A stretch of DNA of 59,646 nt, from the IMG/VR virus record IMGVR_UViG_3300005613_000073, positions 1 through 59,646 of that record; one strand, written 5' to 3'. This stretch comes from a virus (taxonomy: Duplodnaviria > Caudoviricetes). The notes below the pieces were generated by a model, which was not told the origin of the DNA, did not search any database, and saw only the letters and a list, made by a program, of their open reading frames with translations. Positions 36,713 to 48,100 of the stretch are shown here, piece by piece; the stretch's first letter is position 1, and each line of letters starts with the position of its first letter. The position numbers were made by a program, and so were the translations under genes.

Positions 36713-39301
36713 ATGCCAGTTAAGTTAATACAGCCTTCTTTTGCAGCAGGTGAGTTGGCTCCTTCCTTGTTCGGAAGGGTTGACCTGGCTAAATACCACA
36801 CAGGTGCTAGATACCTTAGTAATTTCTTTGTGCATAGACATGGTGGAGTATCTACTCGACCAGGTTTTAAATTTATAGGAAAGTGTCCAGGTGTAAGCAG
36901 GCTCATACCTTTTGAGTTTTCTGTAACTCAGGCATACATTCTTGAGTTCTCTGATGCTCTTATGAGAGTAGTTAAAGACAGTGGTTATGTGTTGACTGAG
37001 ATAGTTAAAGCAGGGACATACCAGTGGGATGCTTCAGGTGTGGCAGGGGAATACTACCTCCAGCTCAACGGTGGTGGAGACCCTGGCGTATTAGAAATAA
37101 ATGGACTGTTTGATGCAGATGGGGTAAGCTATACTGAAGGGACTCTTGGAAGTTTAGCAGAATCTGAGTGGGCGTATGGAGATAATGATACTCTAGGATT
37201 CAACACATTCTATGTTAAGATACCCGGAGGAACTGATCCTGATGCTGAGGCAGATGGCTTTCTGAACATGATATATTCAGTAACATCGCCGTATGCTGAA
37301 GCTGATGACTTTATGTTGATTAAGTTCACACAATCAGCAGATACAATGTATCTTGCACATCCCAAGTATAAGCCAAGATCATTGACCAGAACAGATCATG
37401 ATGCTTGGAGCTTTACATCTTTGACTTTCGCTCCAGTTGCTACTGCTCCTACTGGGCTAGCAGGGACAGTTAACAAGGTGTTAGTAGCTTCCCACACAGC
37501 TGATTGTGATTATTCCGTGTCTGCTATTGTGGACAATGAAGAGTCATTGCCTTGTGCTGCTGTGACTGTTACGGTCAACAGGCCATGGCAAACAGGTGAT
37601 ACAGTAAGTTTAACATGGAACGCAGTGGCTAATGCTAAGTATTATAGAGTATATAAAAAATATAACGGGAAGACAGGGTGGATAGGTGATTCAGATACTA
37701 ATAGTTTTATTGATGATTATATCGGCAGTTCTCCTACAGATGGAGTCCAGTCAAGCAATGATCCTTTCGGGGCTGATGCTTCTAATGATTGCCCTGGTAC
37801 TGTGGGTATATTCCAGCAAAGGGTAATATGGGCAAGAACCAATAATCTCCCTCAAACAGTATTCACTACTCAGACAGGATTACTTAAGAATATGAGTACT
37901 TCAATACCACTTAAGGATACTGATGCTATCCAGGTTACAATAGCTTCAAAACAAGTTGATGAAATAAAACATATACTACCTTTAGACAAATTAGTAATAA
38001 TGACAACAGGAGCAGAATGGCTGATGACTAATGGAGGAAACTCTGAAGCATTAACACCTACTTCTGTACAATTCTTACTCCAGTCTTATAGAGGATGTTC
38101 AGATGTTGTGCCTATTACAATAGGCAATACTGTTATATTCCTGCAAAGAGGTAAACAGATTGTGAGAGATCTGTATTATGCTCTTGAAACAGATGGTTAC
38201 ACAGGCAATGACTTATCGGTATTGGCTAACCATTTATTTAAGGATCGTACAGTAGAGGACTGGTGTTACCAGGAAAAACCTGATTCCATAGTGTGGTGTG
38301 TAAGAGATGACGGTAAGTTACTAGGCTTCACATACTTGAGAGAGCATGAAGTCTGGGCATGGCATCAGCACGAAACACCTAATGGTGAGTTTGAAAGTAT
38401 AGCTTCTATTCCAGGAACTAATCTTGATGAGGTTTATGCTGTGGTCAAGAGAACTATCAACGGATCTACAGTAAGATATCTTGAACAATTGACAGAGAGA
38501 TTACCTAATACAGAAATTAGAGATGCTTTCTTCCTGGACAGTGGAGCAACACTGGATAATCCTATTACAATTACAGATATAACACAGGCTAATCCTGGAG
38601 TTGTTACGGCAGCATCACATGGTTTCAGTGATGGAGATTATGTGGACATATTTGAAGTGGAAGGAATGACAGAGTTAAATGGTATCAGGTTCAAGGTTGC
38701 TAATGCCACTACTAATACTTTCACACTTCAGGATCAAAATGACAGCAGTAATATTAATACTTCTACTTATACTGCATACGCAACAGGCGGTAAGGTCAGA
38801 AAAGCAGTGACTACTGTAACAGGACTTAGTCATTTAGAAGGTGAGTCTGTCAGTGTAATGGCTGACGGATCTTATAAAGGTGAAAAGACAGTAAGTAGTG
38901 GAAGTATAACTTTAGACAGGAGAGCTTCCAGGATCCATATAGGCTATAAATATAACTGTGATATCGAAATGCTTCCTATAGATATGCAAGCACAAGGCAC
39001 TGTGCAGGGCAGAAAAAAGATAATACCTAATGTATCTATCAGGTTTGAGAATACCAGACAGCTTCATGTCTGGGCAAGCAGATCCGATGCTACTGGAGAT
39101 AATTCAGAAAATAAGGTGACAGTAGTTAAGTTCAAAACCGATGAAGCTTATAATGCACCAACAGCAATGTTCACAGGAATTAAGAGCATACCTTTTGAAT
39201 CCTCTTATGGATTTGATGGAAGCATGTATCTTAGAGTTCCTGACCCTGTTCCCACTACCATACTGGCAATAATGCCTAACCTGGAGGTAGGAGATGGTTA
39301 A
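36713..39301 (+). CDS. Tail nozzle (P22 gp10 / T7 gp12-like)
   Basis: QPSFAAGELAPSLFGRVD, HGGVSTRPG, RLIPFEFS, TQSAD, FQQR, V.AWHQH, FLDSG. Confidence 0.92.
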   Translation: MPVKLIQPSFAAGELAPSLFGRVDLAKYHTGARYLSNFFVHRHGGVSTRPGFKFIGKCPGVSRLIPFEFSVTQAYILEFSDALMRVVKDSGYVLTEIVKAGTYQWDASGVAGEYYLQLNGGGDPGVLEINGLFDADGVSYTEGTLGSLAESEWAYGDNDTLGFNTFYVKIPGGTDPDAEADGFLNMIYSVTSPYAEADDFMLIKFTQSADTMYLAHPKYKPRSLTRTDHDAWSFTSLTFAPVATAPTGLAGTVNKVLVASHTADCDYSVSAIVDNEESLPCAAVTVTVNRPWQTGDTVSLTWNAVANAKYYRVYKKYNGKTGWIGDSDTNSFIDDYIGSSPTDGVQSSNDPFGADASNDCPGTVGIFQQRVIWARTNNLPQTVFTTQTGLLKNMSTSIPLKDTDAIQVTIASKQVDEIKHILPLDKLVIMTTGAEWLMTNGGNSEALTPTSVQFLLQSYRGCSDVVPITIGNTVIFLQRGKQIVRDLYYALETDGYTGNDLSVLANHLFKDRTVEDWCYQEKPDSIVWCVRDDGKLLGFTYLREHEVWAWHQHETPNGEFESIASIPGTNLDEVYAVVKRTINGSTVRYLEQLTERLPNTEIRDAFFLDSGATLDNPITITDITQANPGVVTAASHGFSDGDYVDIFEVEGMTELNGIRFKVANATTNTFTLQDQNDSSNINTSTYTAYATGGKVRKAVTTVTGLSHLEGESVSVMADGSYKGEKTVSSGSITLDRRASRIHIGYKYNCDIEMLPIDMQAQGTVQGRKKIIPNVSIRFENTRQLHVWASRSDATGDNSENKVTVVKFKTDEAYNAPTAMFTGIKSIPFESSYGFDGSMYLRVPDPVPTTILAIMPNLEVGDG

Positions 39302-39779
39302 TGTGAATAAAGCCAAGCTTTCTGATGTGTATGAAATATCTGCTAAACTCAGAGAAGAGGATGTACGAGAAGTACGTGCTGCAGAAAACAAATGTGCTTT
39401 TGAAGCAGTCCTTGTTTCCTTTGATAGATCTAAAGAATGTTACACCATAAGACATAATAACAATGCTGTGGCTATGTTCGGTGTTGCACAGGTAGATATA
39501 GACTCAGCTTTCTTTTCCCCTTGGCTATTGGGGACTGATGGGATAAAAGATATTAAGAAATCATTCTATAAGATAACTAAGTCATATGTGAAGGACTTTC
39601 TGGACAGATATGAAAACTTAGGTAATTTTGTAGATGTGAGAAATAAAACAAGCATAGCCTGGTTGAAAGCATTAGGTTTTACAATCCTTGATCCTATTGA
39701 ATATGGACACGAGCATAAGCCATTTCATCCAGTATATTTAGTCAAGGAGGTTGATTATGTGCATTGTTGCAACAAATGA
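39294..39779 (+). CDS. gp13-like GNAT-fold protein (DUF2833-like)
   Basis: LREEDVREV, AMFGV, PWLLGT, NFVDVRN..SIAWLKALGF. Confidence 0.85.
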   Translation: MVNVNKAKLSDVYEISAKLREEDVREVRAAENKCAFEAVLVSFDRSKECYTIRHNNNAVAMFGVAQVDIDSAFFSPWLLGTDGIKDIKKSFYKITKSYVKDFLDRYENLGNFVDVRNKTSIAWLKALGFTILDPIEYGHEHKPFHPVYLVKEVDYVHCCNK

Positions 39780-40263
39780 TACTAGTAACTTAGATAAGTT
39801 TTCCTCCCTGTTCAATACTATAGGATCCTATAAAACAGCACAGGCACAGAGGCAGGCAGCTAACTATAATGCAGCAGTTCTTGAGAACAATGCTGCTATC
39901 ATTGATATGCAGAAAAAACAGTCAGCTACTAAAGCTGAGATTGAAAGAAAACGATTCCAGGAACAGGTAGCTAAACAGGTTGCTAAGGGAAGAACTAACT
40001 ATGCAGCAGGTAATGTAGCTCTAGGTTCAGGATCTCCAGCGGACTGGGAAGTTGATATGGCTACTCAAGAAGCGGATAATCTTTTATGGTTAGATTACAA
40101 TGAAGAGCTTAATCAGTGGGGCTATGGAGTTCAGGCGGATAATCTGAGACAGCAAGCAAGCATGACAAGGAAAGCGGGAAGCCAAGCTTATACTTCAGGA
40201 CTTCTTGAAACAGGTAAATCAATACTGGGTGCTGCTAAGCTGCATGGCTTTAAATTTGGGTAG
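39757..40263 (+). CDS. Internal virion protein (gp14-like)
   Basis: MC start after GGAGG; AANYNAAV.ENNA, GSGSP. Confidence 0.8.
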   Translation: MCIVATNDTSNLDKFSSLFNTIGSYKTAQAQRQAANYNAAVLENNAAIIDMQKKQSATKAEIERKRFQEQVAKQVAKGRTNYAAGNVALGSGSPADWEVDMATQEADNLLWLDYNEELNQWGYGVQADNLRQQASMTRKAGSQAYTSGLLETGKSILGAAKLHGFKFG

Positions 40264-40271
40264 GGGGTAAT

Positions 40272-42191
40272 ATGCCAAGAGTACCAGAACAAGTTCAGCA
40301 AGTTAATGTTGCATCAGCTCCTTCTGTACGTCAAACACCAGGTGCTACTGCTCAGGCTTTTGGAGCTGGAGTAGGGCAGTCGATGAGAAGTGTGGCGGAA
40401 GCATTGCGAAAATTCGCTATACAGAAAGATAAGGCTAAAGCTACTGAAGCTTTTAATAGTATTAATGCTGATATCAATAGCTATTTGCATGATCCTCAGG
40501 AAGGTGTTTACACTCGAAAAGGTAAAAATGCATCAGGACTTCCTCAGGAATTAAATGGATATTTAGAATCTGCTTATGGTAAGTACACAAAGGATATGAA
40601 TCCACGTCAGAAAGAGATGTTCAATCAGATGTATGAGCCTAAGAGACAAGCTACTACTAACAATGTTATGACTCATACCCGAAGAGAGTTTGAATCGTAT
40701 GCCATAAGTGAAGCGGATGCTTTCATTAAAAATGCGGCCAGAGATGCAGAGGTAGCATACAACAATGAAGCTTCTATCCAGGAAGCTATGAACAGAGGTG
40801 AGTGGAAGATAAAAGAGATAGCTTCAGATCTGGGAATGTCAGCAGAGGAAAAAGAAAACAAGTTGCATACTTTCAGGACTCAGACATATACTAATGTGAT
40901 TAACAGGCTGATATCTGAAGAGCAGCTGGATCAGGCTAAGAACTATTTTGAAAAGAAAAAAGATATGATAGATCCTAAGCAGAGACAGGCATTAAAAGAA
41001 AATCTGGAACGTAAAGATAAAACTGTTGAAGCTCAGGAAGCTACAGATATACTGGTATCCAAGCATGGGTTAGATGGTGAGTCTTTAGCATTAGAAGAAG
41101 CCAGAAAGAAATACTCAGGTGAGTTGGAAGATGATATTGTGAACAGGATCCAAGCCAGATACATAGACATGAAAAGACATCATAATGAGGTGTTGGTTAA
41201 ACAGCAGACAGAATATCTGGATGCTATAGATGCATCTCCTACTTTAGCTGAGCAGCTTAAAATAGTTGGAGATATAAAGAATAGGACAATAAGAGAGAAC
41301 GTTGAAGATTATGTTATTGCTAAAAATCAACCTCCGCCTGAGAAGAAAACTTTTGCTAATTCAGTAGCTTCTGATGGCATACTTGATCTTATCAGAGCAG
41401 GTGTTATTCAGAATAAAGCACAGCTTACAGTGATGGCTAAGAAGGGTGGCCTAACCGGAAGTCAGTATGAATCCTGTGCTAATTTTCTCGATGGCCAAGG
41501 TAAGATTAAAGGCGTATCACTTAACAAAGCAGAAGAGGTTCTTAAAACTATAATGGGTAATAAAGCAGAGATGCAGGACTACCCTGGATTTTATACGACA
41601 CTTACAGATCTCCTTCCTGATGATGCAGAAAGGATAGATGATAGAAAACTGTTCGATGCTGCTACTGTAATACTTAAAGAGACATTACCAGCCAGAGTTA
41701 AACCTAAAGGTTTCTTTAACTTTAAGGAAACTGTTATGGAACAGGCAGAGAAGGGTGTGCCTTTTGCTGAGGTGGATCTGGAGATATCCAGGCAGGACAG
41801 AAACAATATTATAAAAGCCTTGAAAGCGAATAAGAAGCCAGTGACAGAGACTATGATCCAGAAAGTATACAAGTCAGGAATGATAAAAGATGTGACAGGC
41901 ATGGACTATTCAGGACTCAATAGACAAAGCATAACTAAGCAGATGGAGAAGGAAGCAGAAAAGGTAGCATATCCTGGATATGTTGAGCCTCCTAAACCTA
42001 CTGAAACAAAGATACCTGTAACTAAAAAAGATCCTACGGTTGAAGAGAATGTCAAGAAAATAGAAAAGGAAGAACAGAAAGGTGGATTAAGCGAAGTTAT
42101 AGATGCGTATAAGAGGCTGGGCAAGGACACAAAGAAATTTGTATTCGATGCTTTTAAAAGAGGATACAGAAATATTAGGGGTAATGAATGA
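40272..42191 (+). CDS. Internal virion protein (gp15-like)
   Basis: MPRVP start, AFGAG, G...RKGKNA; synteny. Confidence 0.75.
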   Translation: MPRVPEQVQQVNVASAPSVRQTPGATAQAFGAGVGQSMRSVAEALRKFAIQKDKAKATEAFNSINADINSYLHDPQEGVYTRKGKNASGLPQELNGYLESAYGKYTKDMNPRQKEMFNQMYEPKRQATTNNVMTHTRREFESYAISEADAFIKNAARDAEVAYNNEASIQEAMNRGEWKIKEIASDLGMSAEEKENKLHTFRTQTYTNVINRLISEEQLDQAKNYFEKKKDMIDPKQRQALKENLERKDKTVEAQEATDILVSKHGLDGESLALEEARKKYSGELEDDIVNRIQARYIDMKRHHNEVLVKQQTEYLDAIDASPTLAEQLKIVGDIKNRTIRENVEDYVIAKNQPPPEKKTFANSVASDGILDLIRAGVIQNKAQLTVMAKKGGLTGSQYESCANFLDGQGKIKGVSLNKAEEVLKTIMGNKAEMQDYPGFYTTLTDLLPDDAERIDDRKLFDAATVILKETLPARVKPKGFFNFKETVMEQAEKGVPFAEVDLEISRQDRNNIIKALKANKKPVTETMIQKVYKSGMIKDVTGMDYSGLNRQSITKQMEKEAEKVAYPGYVEPPKPTETKIPVTKKDPTVEENVKKIEKEEQKGGLSEVIDAYKRLGKDTKKFVFDAFKRGYRNIRGNE

Positions 42192-45100
42192 AAGACGTGA
42201 TAGAAAATGTAGATCTTCAGATAAGGAAAAATGCAGAAGCTGCTGTCAATATGAGCAGCTTTCTTAATCCAGATAAAGAAGCTGAGATGTTTGAACTTCA
42301 TAAGAGTACAGAAGTTCCTGTTAATCTACTTAAGAATTTGTCTCCAGATCAGATAAGATCTTTGAAGCACGGCAATCCTCTGGACAAGATAAGCAGAGAG
42401 TCAGCTTTAATAGATTACTACTCTGTGCCGGAGAATGCTGCGATATCAGGAGATGATGCTGATAATCTGAGCAAGGTAGAAGCGGACTGGAAAGCATTAA
42501 AGGCTAATGACTCTAAAGACAAAAGTATCTTTGATGAACTTAAGGAAGCTGGTACATCAATATCTGAAAAGTTTGAGCAGGGTCAGATAGAGAATACACT
42601 TGGAGATCTTTATTTCAAAAAGATACTACTGGGACAAGAGATAGATGAAAATGAGATTGCAGAACTGGAAGCCAGGCTAGAAGAGATTACTTTAACTGCT
42701 AGTCCTGATACTGCTGATTATGCTCTAGGTGAAGCTTCTAAGATAGCCGGTCAGATGTTTGATGCTGTATGGAAACATAAAGGAGCAATTGCGGGATCTA
42801 CTGCTATAGGTGCAGGAATAGGTTCTCAGATACCTGTTGCAGGTACGCTTACTGGTGCTGGGTATGGAGCTTTAACAGGCTTTGTAGGAAGTCAGGCTAA
42901 AAATGCTTACTTTGTTGAAGCTGGTATGGCAGCCAAAGACCTTTCAGATATCAGAGACGATAACGGTGTACCTATAGATCCTGAGATAATTAAAGTAGCT
43001 GCTCATGCTGTTGGTGCTATCAATGCCAGCTTAGAGTTAGCAGGGATAGGTTTCTTATCGCTAATAGCTAAAAATGTTGGCGGTAAGGTAATTGCTAAAG
43101 GTACTGTCAGATCTCTAACAAAGAAAGCTCTCAGGGATAAAGTAGTTATTGAAGCATTAGGGAAGGTTGCTAAGGATTATGCTATCGGTGTGGCAGGTGA
43201 CGCTGTGACAGAGGGTATGCAGGAAGCTGTCAATATATTAAGTGAATACATCTCCAAAGAGGTATCACAGAAAATAGAAGGTACAGAATTTTCAGAGAAT
43301 GAATTGTTCACTGCTGAGAATTTCGGAAGAGTAGGCACGACAATGAAAGACGTTTTTGTTGGTAACACAGTGCTTACCATACCCGCTGGTGGAGTAAGTA
43401 CTTATAACACTTTCACTAAAGCCAGAAAAGCACAGCAATTCAATGATGCAGTTAAAGGCATAAACGAAACATTGGAGAACTCAACAACAAAGCAGAGAAG
43501 TCCTAACAAAGTTGCAGAAGCTTTAAGTGTGCTTGGTATGGAACAGGATGTGTTTATTGATCCTGACGATGCTAAAACAATGTTCCAGGATAATCCTGAG
43601 TTATTGGCAGAGCTGGAGCTGGATGATGCTACCATAAGTAATTACAGTGCAGAAGGTAAGCTTATACCTTTTAAACTTAATAAGCTGTTTGCAAAACTTA
43701 ATAAGGAACAGTTCGATATTGTAAGACCCTGGATAAGAGCTTCAGAAGCTGCTATGAATATTAAGGATCTTCAGAACAAAGATATGCAAAAAGAGCTTAA
43801 TAATGTTATTGAACAATATGAAACGGCTACTAAGGATGAAGATTATTTTCAGGAAAATATTAAAAGAGTTAAACAGGAATTGGTTGACTCAGGATATACA
43901 GAGCAGGATGCTCAACACGTTGTTGACCTTTGGGAAGCTTTCAGTAGAAGAATGGCTTTTGAGGGTAGAGAACTAAGCGAAACGTTAGAACGAATAAATA
44001 TTGAAAGAATTAAAAGAGATGAATTTAAGAAAAGGCAGAAGTCTGGTGTGCAGCTACCTTTGAACACAGCAAGGGTACAGAAAAGAAAAGCTCCTAAGGT
44101 AACTGTCCCAAAGGAAAAGGTATTTAAACCTAAGACAGTTACAGAAGTTAAGAAAGTTAAAGACATTAAAAAAGATATGCCAGGTGTAACGGTTCTAAAA
44201 TCTAAAGAGATTATATATGATCCCGAAAGATTTCAGTTTAAAGTTACTGGCAAAGAGAAAGCAGGAAAAGGACTTTCAGGTAAAAAGTTTAACGTCAAGC
44301 TACTTGGTGTTTTGGATGTTTGGAAAGATCCAGAGACCGATAAGATATATGTTGTCAATGGTCATAACAGGTTGCAAAAAATAAGAGAAGAGAACTTTCC
44401 TTATGTGCCTGTTAATTTTATAGATGCTAAGTCAGCTAAAGAGGCTAGAGCAATAGGTGCTTTGCTTAACATAGGAACTGGTTCTGGTTCAGCAATTGAT
44501 GCAGCTATATTCATTAAAGAAAGCGAATACACTATTCAGGAAGTTACAGAAATGTTACCTGAAAAGAAAGTTGTAACTGATGGTATAGCTTTAAGCAGGT
44601 TATCCAGGAAGGTTTTACTAGAAGTCCAAAGAGGTGAGTTTGATGAGGATCTGGCTGTTCTTATTGGTGCTAATCTGGAAAACATTGAAGACCAGAAAGA
44701 AGTTATAAGTGCAGTTAAAAGAAAAGAAAATCCATCAAAGAAATGGTTAAGAGAATATATTAGACAAGTTCAGTTTGCTCCACAGATAGAAGAGTCTACA
44801 ATGGGATTGTTTGGAGAAATGGTATCAACCAGATCACTGTTTAATGAGAGAGCTGAAGTAAGTAATGCTATTGTTACCAGGTTAAGTAAAGATAAACAGC
44901 TTGGTACTATTGCAGCTAAAGCTGGTTTTATTGAGGAGAAGGGAGCAGGGAAAATAAATGTTAAAACTGCTAAAGGATTAGCTCAGTTCGCTAAACAGGC
45001 AACAGAAGTTTTTCAAAAGTTATCTGTAACTAAGGGTGAGATATCGAATATAGTTAACAAGTATGCTATGGAATTACAAAAGTCAAAAGATAAAAATGCT

Positions 45101-48100
45101 GTCTATGATGCAGCATATAAAGAGATACGAGATGTTTTAGCAGGTCAGTTAGAGTCTGGTAAAACTTTAAAGCAATCTCAGGCTGAACGTACAGCGAAGT
45201 TACGGCAAGAGCATAACAGATTCCCTGGTGATACTAAAGCTTCAATGGTCAAAGAATTTTTTGACACAGGAAAACTTGTTAATAAAAGAAAAGATGGTTC
45301 TATAAAATACACTTTTACTAAGTCTGCTAAAGATAATAGCCTTATCCAGAGAACTACTTTTGATAGTAAAAACCAACCGATGAGTGACAAGGAAGCTCCT
45401 TTCACTAAAGAAGGCTTGGAAAGTCTTATTGATGATAGTGATATCCTGGTAACAGAGAAAAGAATTAAAAGACCAGACATTCCAAAGTCAATGCGAGTAA
45501 GGGAAGGTTCACCACTTAATTTCTTATACAAAATAAAAGAAACAGCTCCTGAAGGTCGCATAGCCACAAGAGGAGATGTTGTTGTATATGATACTGTACT
45601 ATCTCAGGAAGAGATTGACCAGCATGGACTTACTCCTATTGGCTATGAAGATAAAACGCCCGTATTCTATCAGTTCGGTGGGATAATGGCGGAAAGAGCA
45701 GACTTAGGGAAGCATGATATAGCTGAACGGATGGAGTATGAGAACAAGAGTCCTGAAGAAATAAGGAAAAAAACAGGATGGTTCAGAGGCTTAGACGGTA
45801 AGTGGAGATTTGAAATATCTGATAAAGGGATGAAGCTAAAAAGGAAAGAGTTTAATAAACACATGAGCACAATTCTCTTGTCAGGCAATTCCACCACTCT
45901 CGGAAAGCTGATTGACCATAAAGCATTATTCAGCCAATACCCTGTGTTAAAAGGTACAGAAGTTGAATTTGAACATAGTGTGAACAAAGAACCGGGGACG
46001 TGGGGTGCACAGGTTATAAGTCCGTCTGGTTCGCCGTTTAACAAGAAGATAGTACTTAATGTTAAAAACCTGAAAAACAAAAGATATATAATTGAAGATG
46101 TGTTAGTCCACGAGATACAACACCTTATTCAGACTAGAGAAGGCTTTGCACCTGGTGGTAGTACAGACACAGGTAATGCCGTACTGACAAAAGTTATACA
46201 GGGTTTTCTACCTGTTATCCCTCGCTTAAGGATGTTTTTCAATGAGGAATATTTTAAGAATCTGTTTGAGATTGTTGACGGACTTAACGAGAAAGACTTG
46301 GAGAAAAACTATATAAAGTTTAAATCCGATTTTGAAGAGGCTATAAAAAAATATATGCCTAAGCACGACACAGAAATGAAAGACTTGATATATAGTGTTA
46401 GCAAAAAAGGTGTTGATCTTAGTATGCAGAGTTTTAAAGAGTTAATGAGAAACAGGCATTACCAACTAGGCTATGAAATATTTGTCAGAAGAAAAGAGCT
46501 TTTGGAGAAAGCAAGAGAACGGAACGAGTACAAACAGATGTTAGCAGATAAATATAATACTACTGCATATGGCAACCTCATCACAAAAGAAGAACATAGA
46601 ACACTCGTCGAGAAATCGGACGAATTGTTTAGAGTCAAAAAGGATATGCGAAATTATGCGACATTGAGATTACGTAATGACACATATGCGCATGCTATGT
46701 ATTTAGAGGATGCTGATAATCCTAGAAATGGGTATAATCGAATGTATCAGTATTATCTTAAAGACTTCCTGAAGACTCCTTTTGAAATATATGAAAGTAT
46801 CAAAGGCGAATTTGAAGCAAGGGAAACTTCTAATAGATCAAAGATGACTCAAGCCGAAAGAAAAGGTTTAGAGCCATATGTTTTAACCTTCCAGAAAGAA
46901 GGGCTGCAGCCGGGTGAACTAGTGGAAGTTGATGAGGGTATCTACTATCAAGACGGAAAAGCGGATATAGAAAGACTCAAACTTGAAACTGAAAAATACT
47001 TAGATATAAGCAGTTATGCTGAATTATCTGAAGGTAAAGAACTAAAAACAGCGGAGCAGATAGCTCTTCATAATACAGTTGTTGAGATAAAACAGGTTCT
47101 TTGGGATACTGGCTATTTTAGTGACAACGCTCTTTATGAGATGAGAAACGTAAAGAGTCTTGACGACATGGAGTATGTAGAAGAATACTTAGAACAGGCA
47201 GGAGACCTAAGAACAAAAGAAGAGATATACGAAAGCAATCTTGAAGTTATAAGTGAAGATTTAGAAGCTGGTATAGCTCCCGAAGAATTAGTTAATGAGT
47301 TTTATGAGGAAGCTTTAGAAAATCCTTTTGAACTATCAAAAAAAACTATGGGTGTCACTGAAGACTTAATGGAAGCAGGATACATACTTCCTGATGGTAC
47401 GCTGTTAGATTTTTCAGGAAAACGAGAAGGTGGTCCTATAGGCAAAAGAAGTATGGATCATAGGCAGATAAGCTTGCCTTTTAAATCAGGCATAAGCGGA
47501 ACAGACGCTATGGTGGCTTTTCAGAAAATGGGAGCTATGCGTATAGATGTTCGTTCAGGATTAGTGGATTTAGAAACTAAACCTACCAGAAGCCAGTTAG
47601 ATAATTTAAAAGATATGATTCTTTTTTCTGAAGAGGGAGTTCTTACTGTTGATTTACAAGACGGGGATAGAAAACTTTCCTTTGATACGACATCCGCTTC
47701 TGAAGCTATCAGGAAGATAAGCGATTTTTACAAGGTGTCCGAAACACTATTCCAAGCAGGAACAGAAGATATTTACTATCAAGACGGAAAAGCAGATACA
47801 TACTTTTATGGTGGCACAGATTTAAACCTCAGAGAGCCTGCCCCTTTTGATACTGGTTTTGGTAAAGCTGTTGTATTAGCCAGAAGTGATGCTGAAGCAA
47901 GGGAACAAGGTGGCAACTATGTACAAAGAGTTTCTGTAAATACTAATAAAATCTTGAACTTAGATGAAGGTGTAAAGTATGAAGATGCAAAAAACACTAA
48001 AGCCTGGAAAAAGAAAAAAGCTGAACTTCAGGAAGAAAGAAAGCAAGCTGTTCTTAGAGAGGAAATAGATCCAGAATATACTTTTTTGAGTGCGGAAGAT

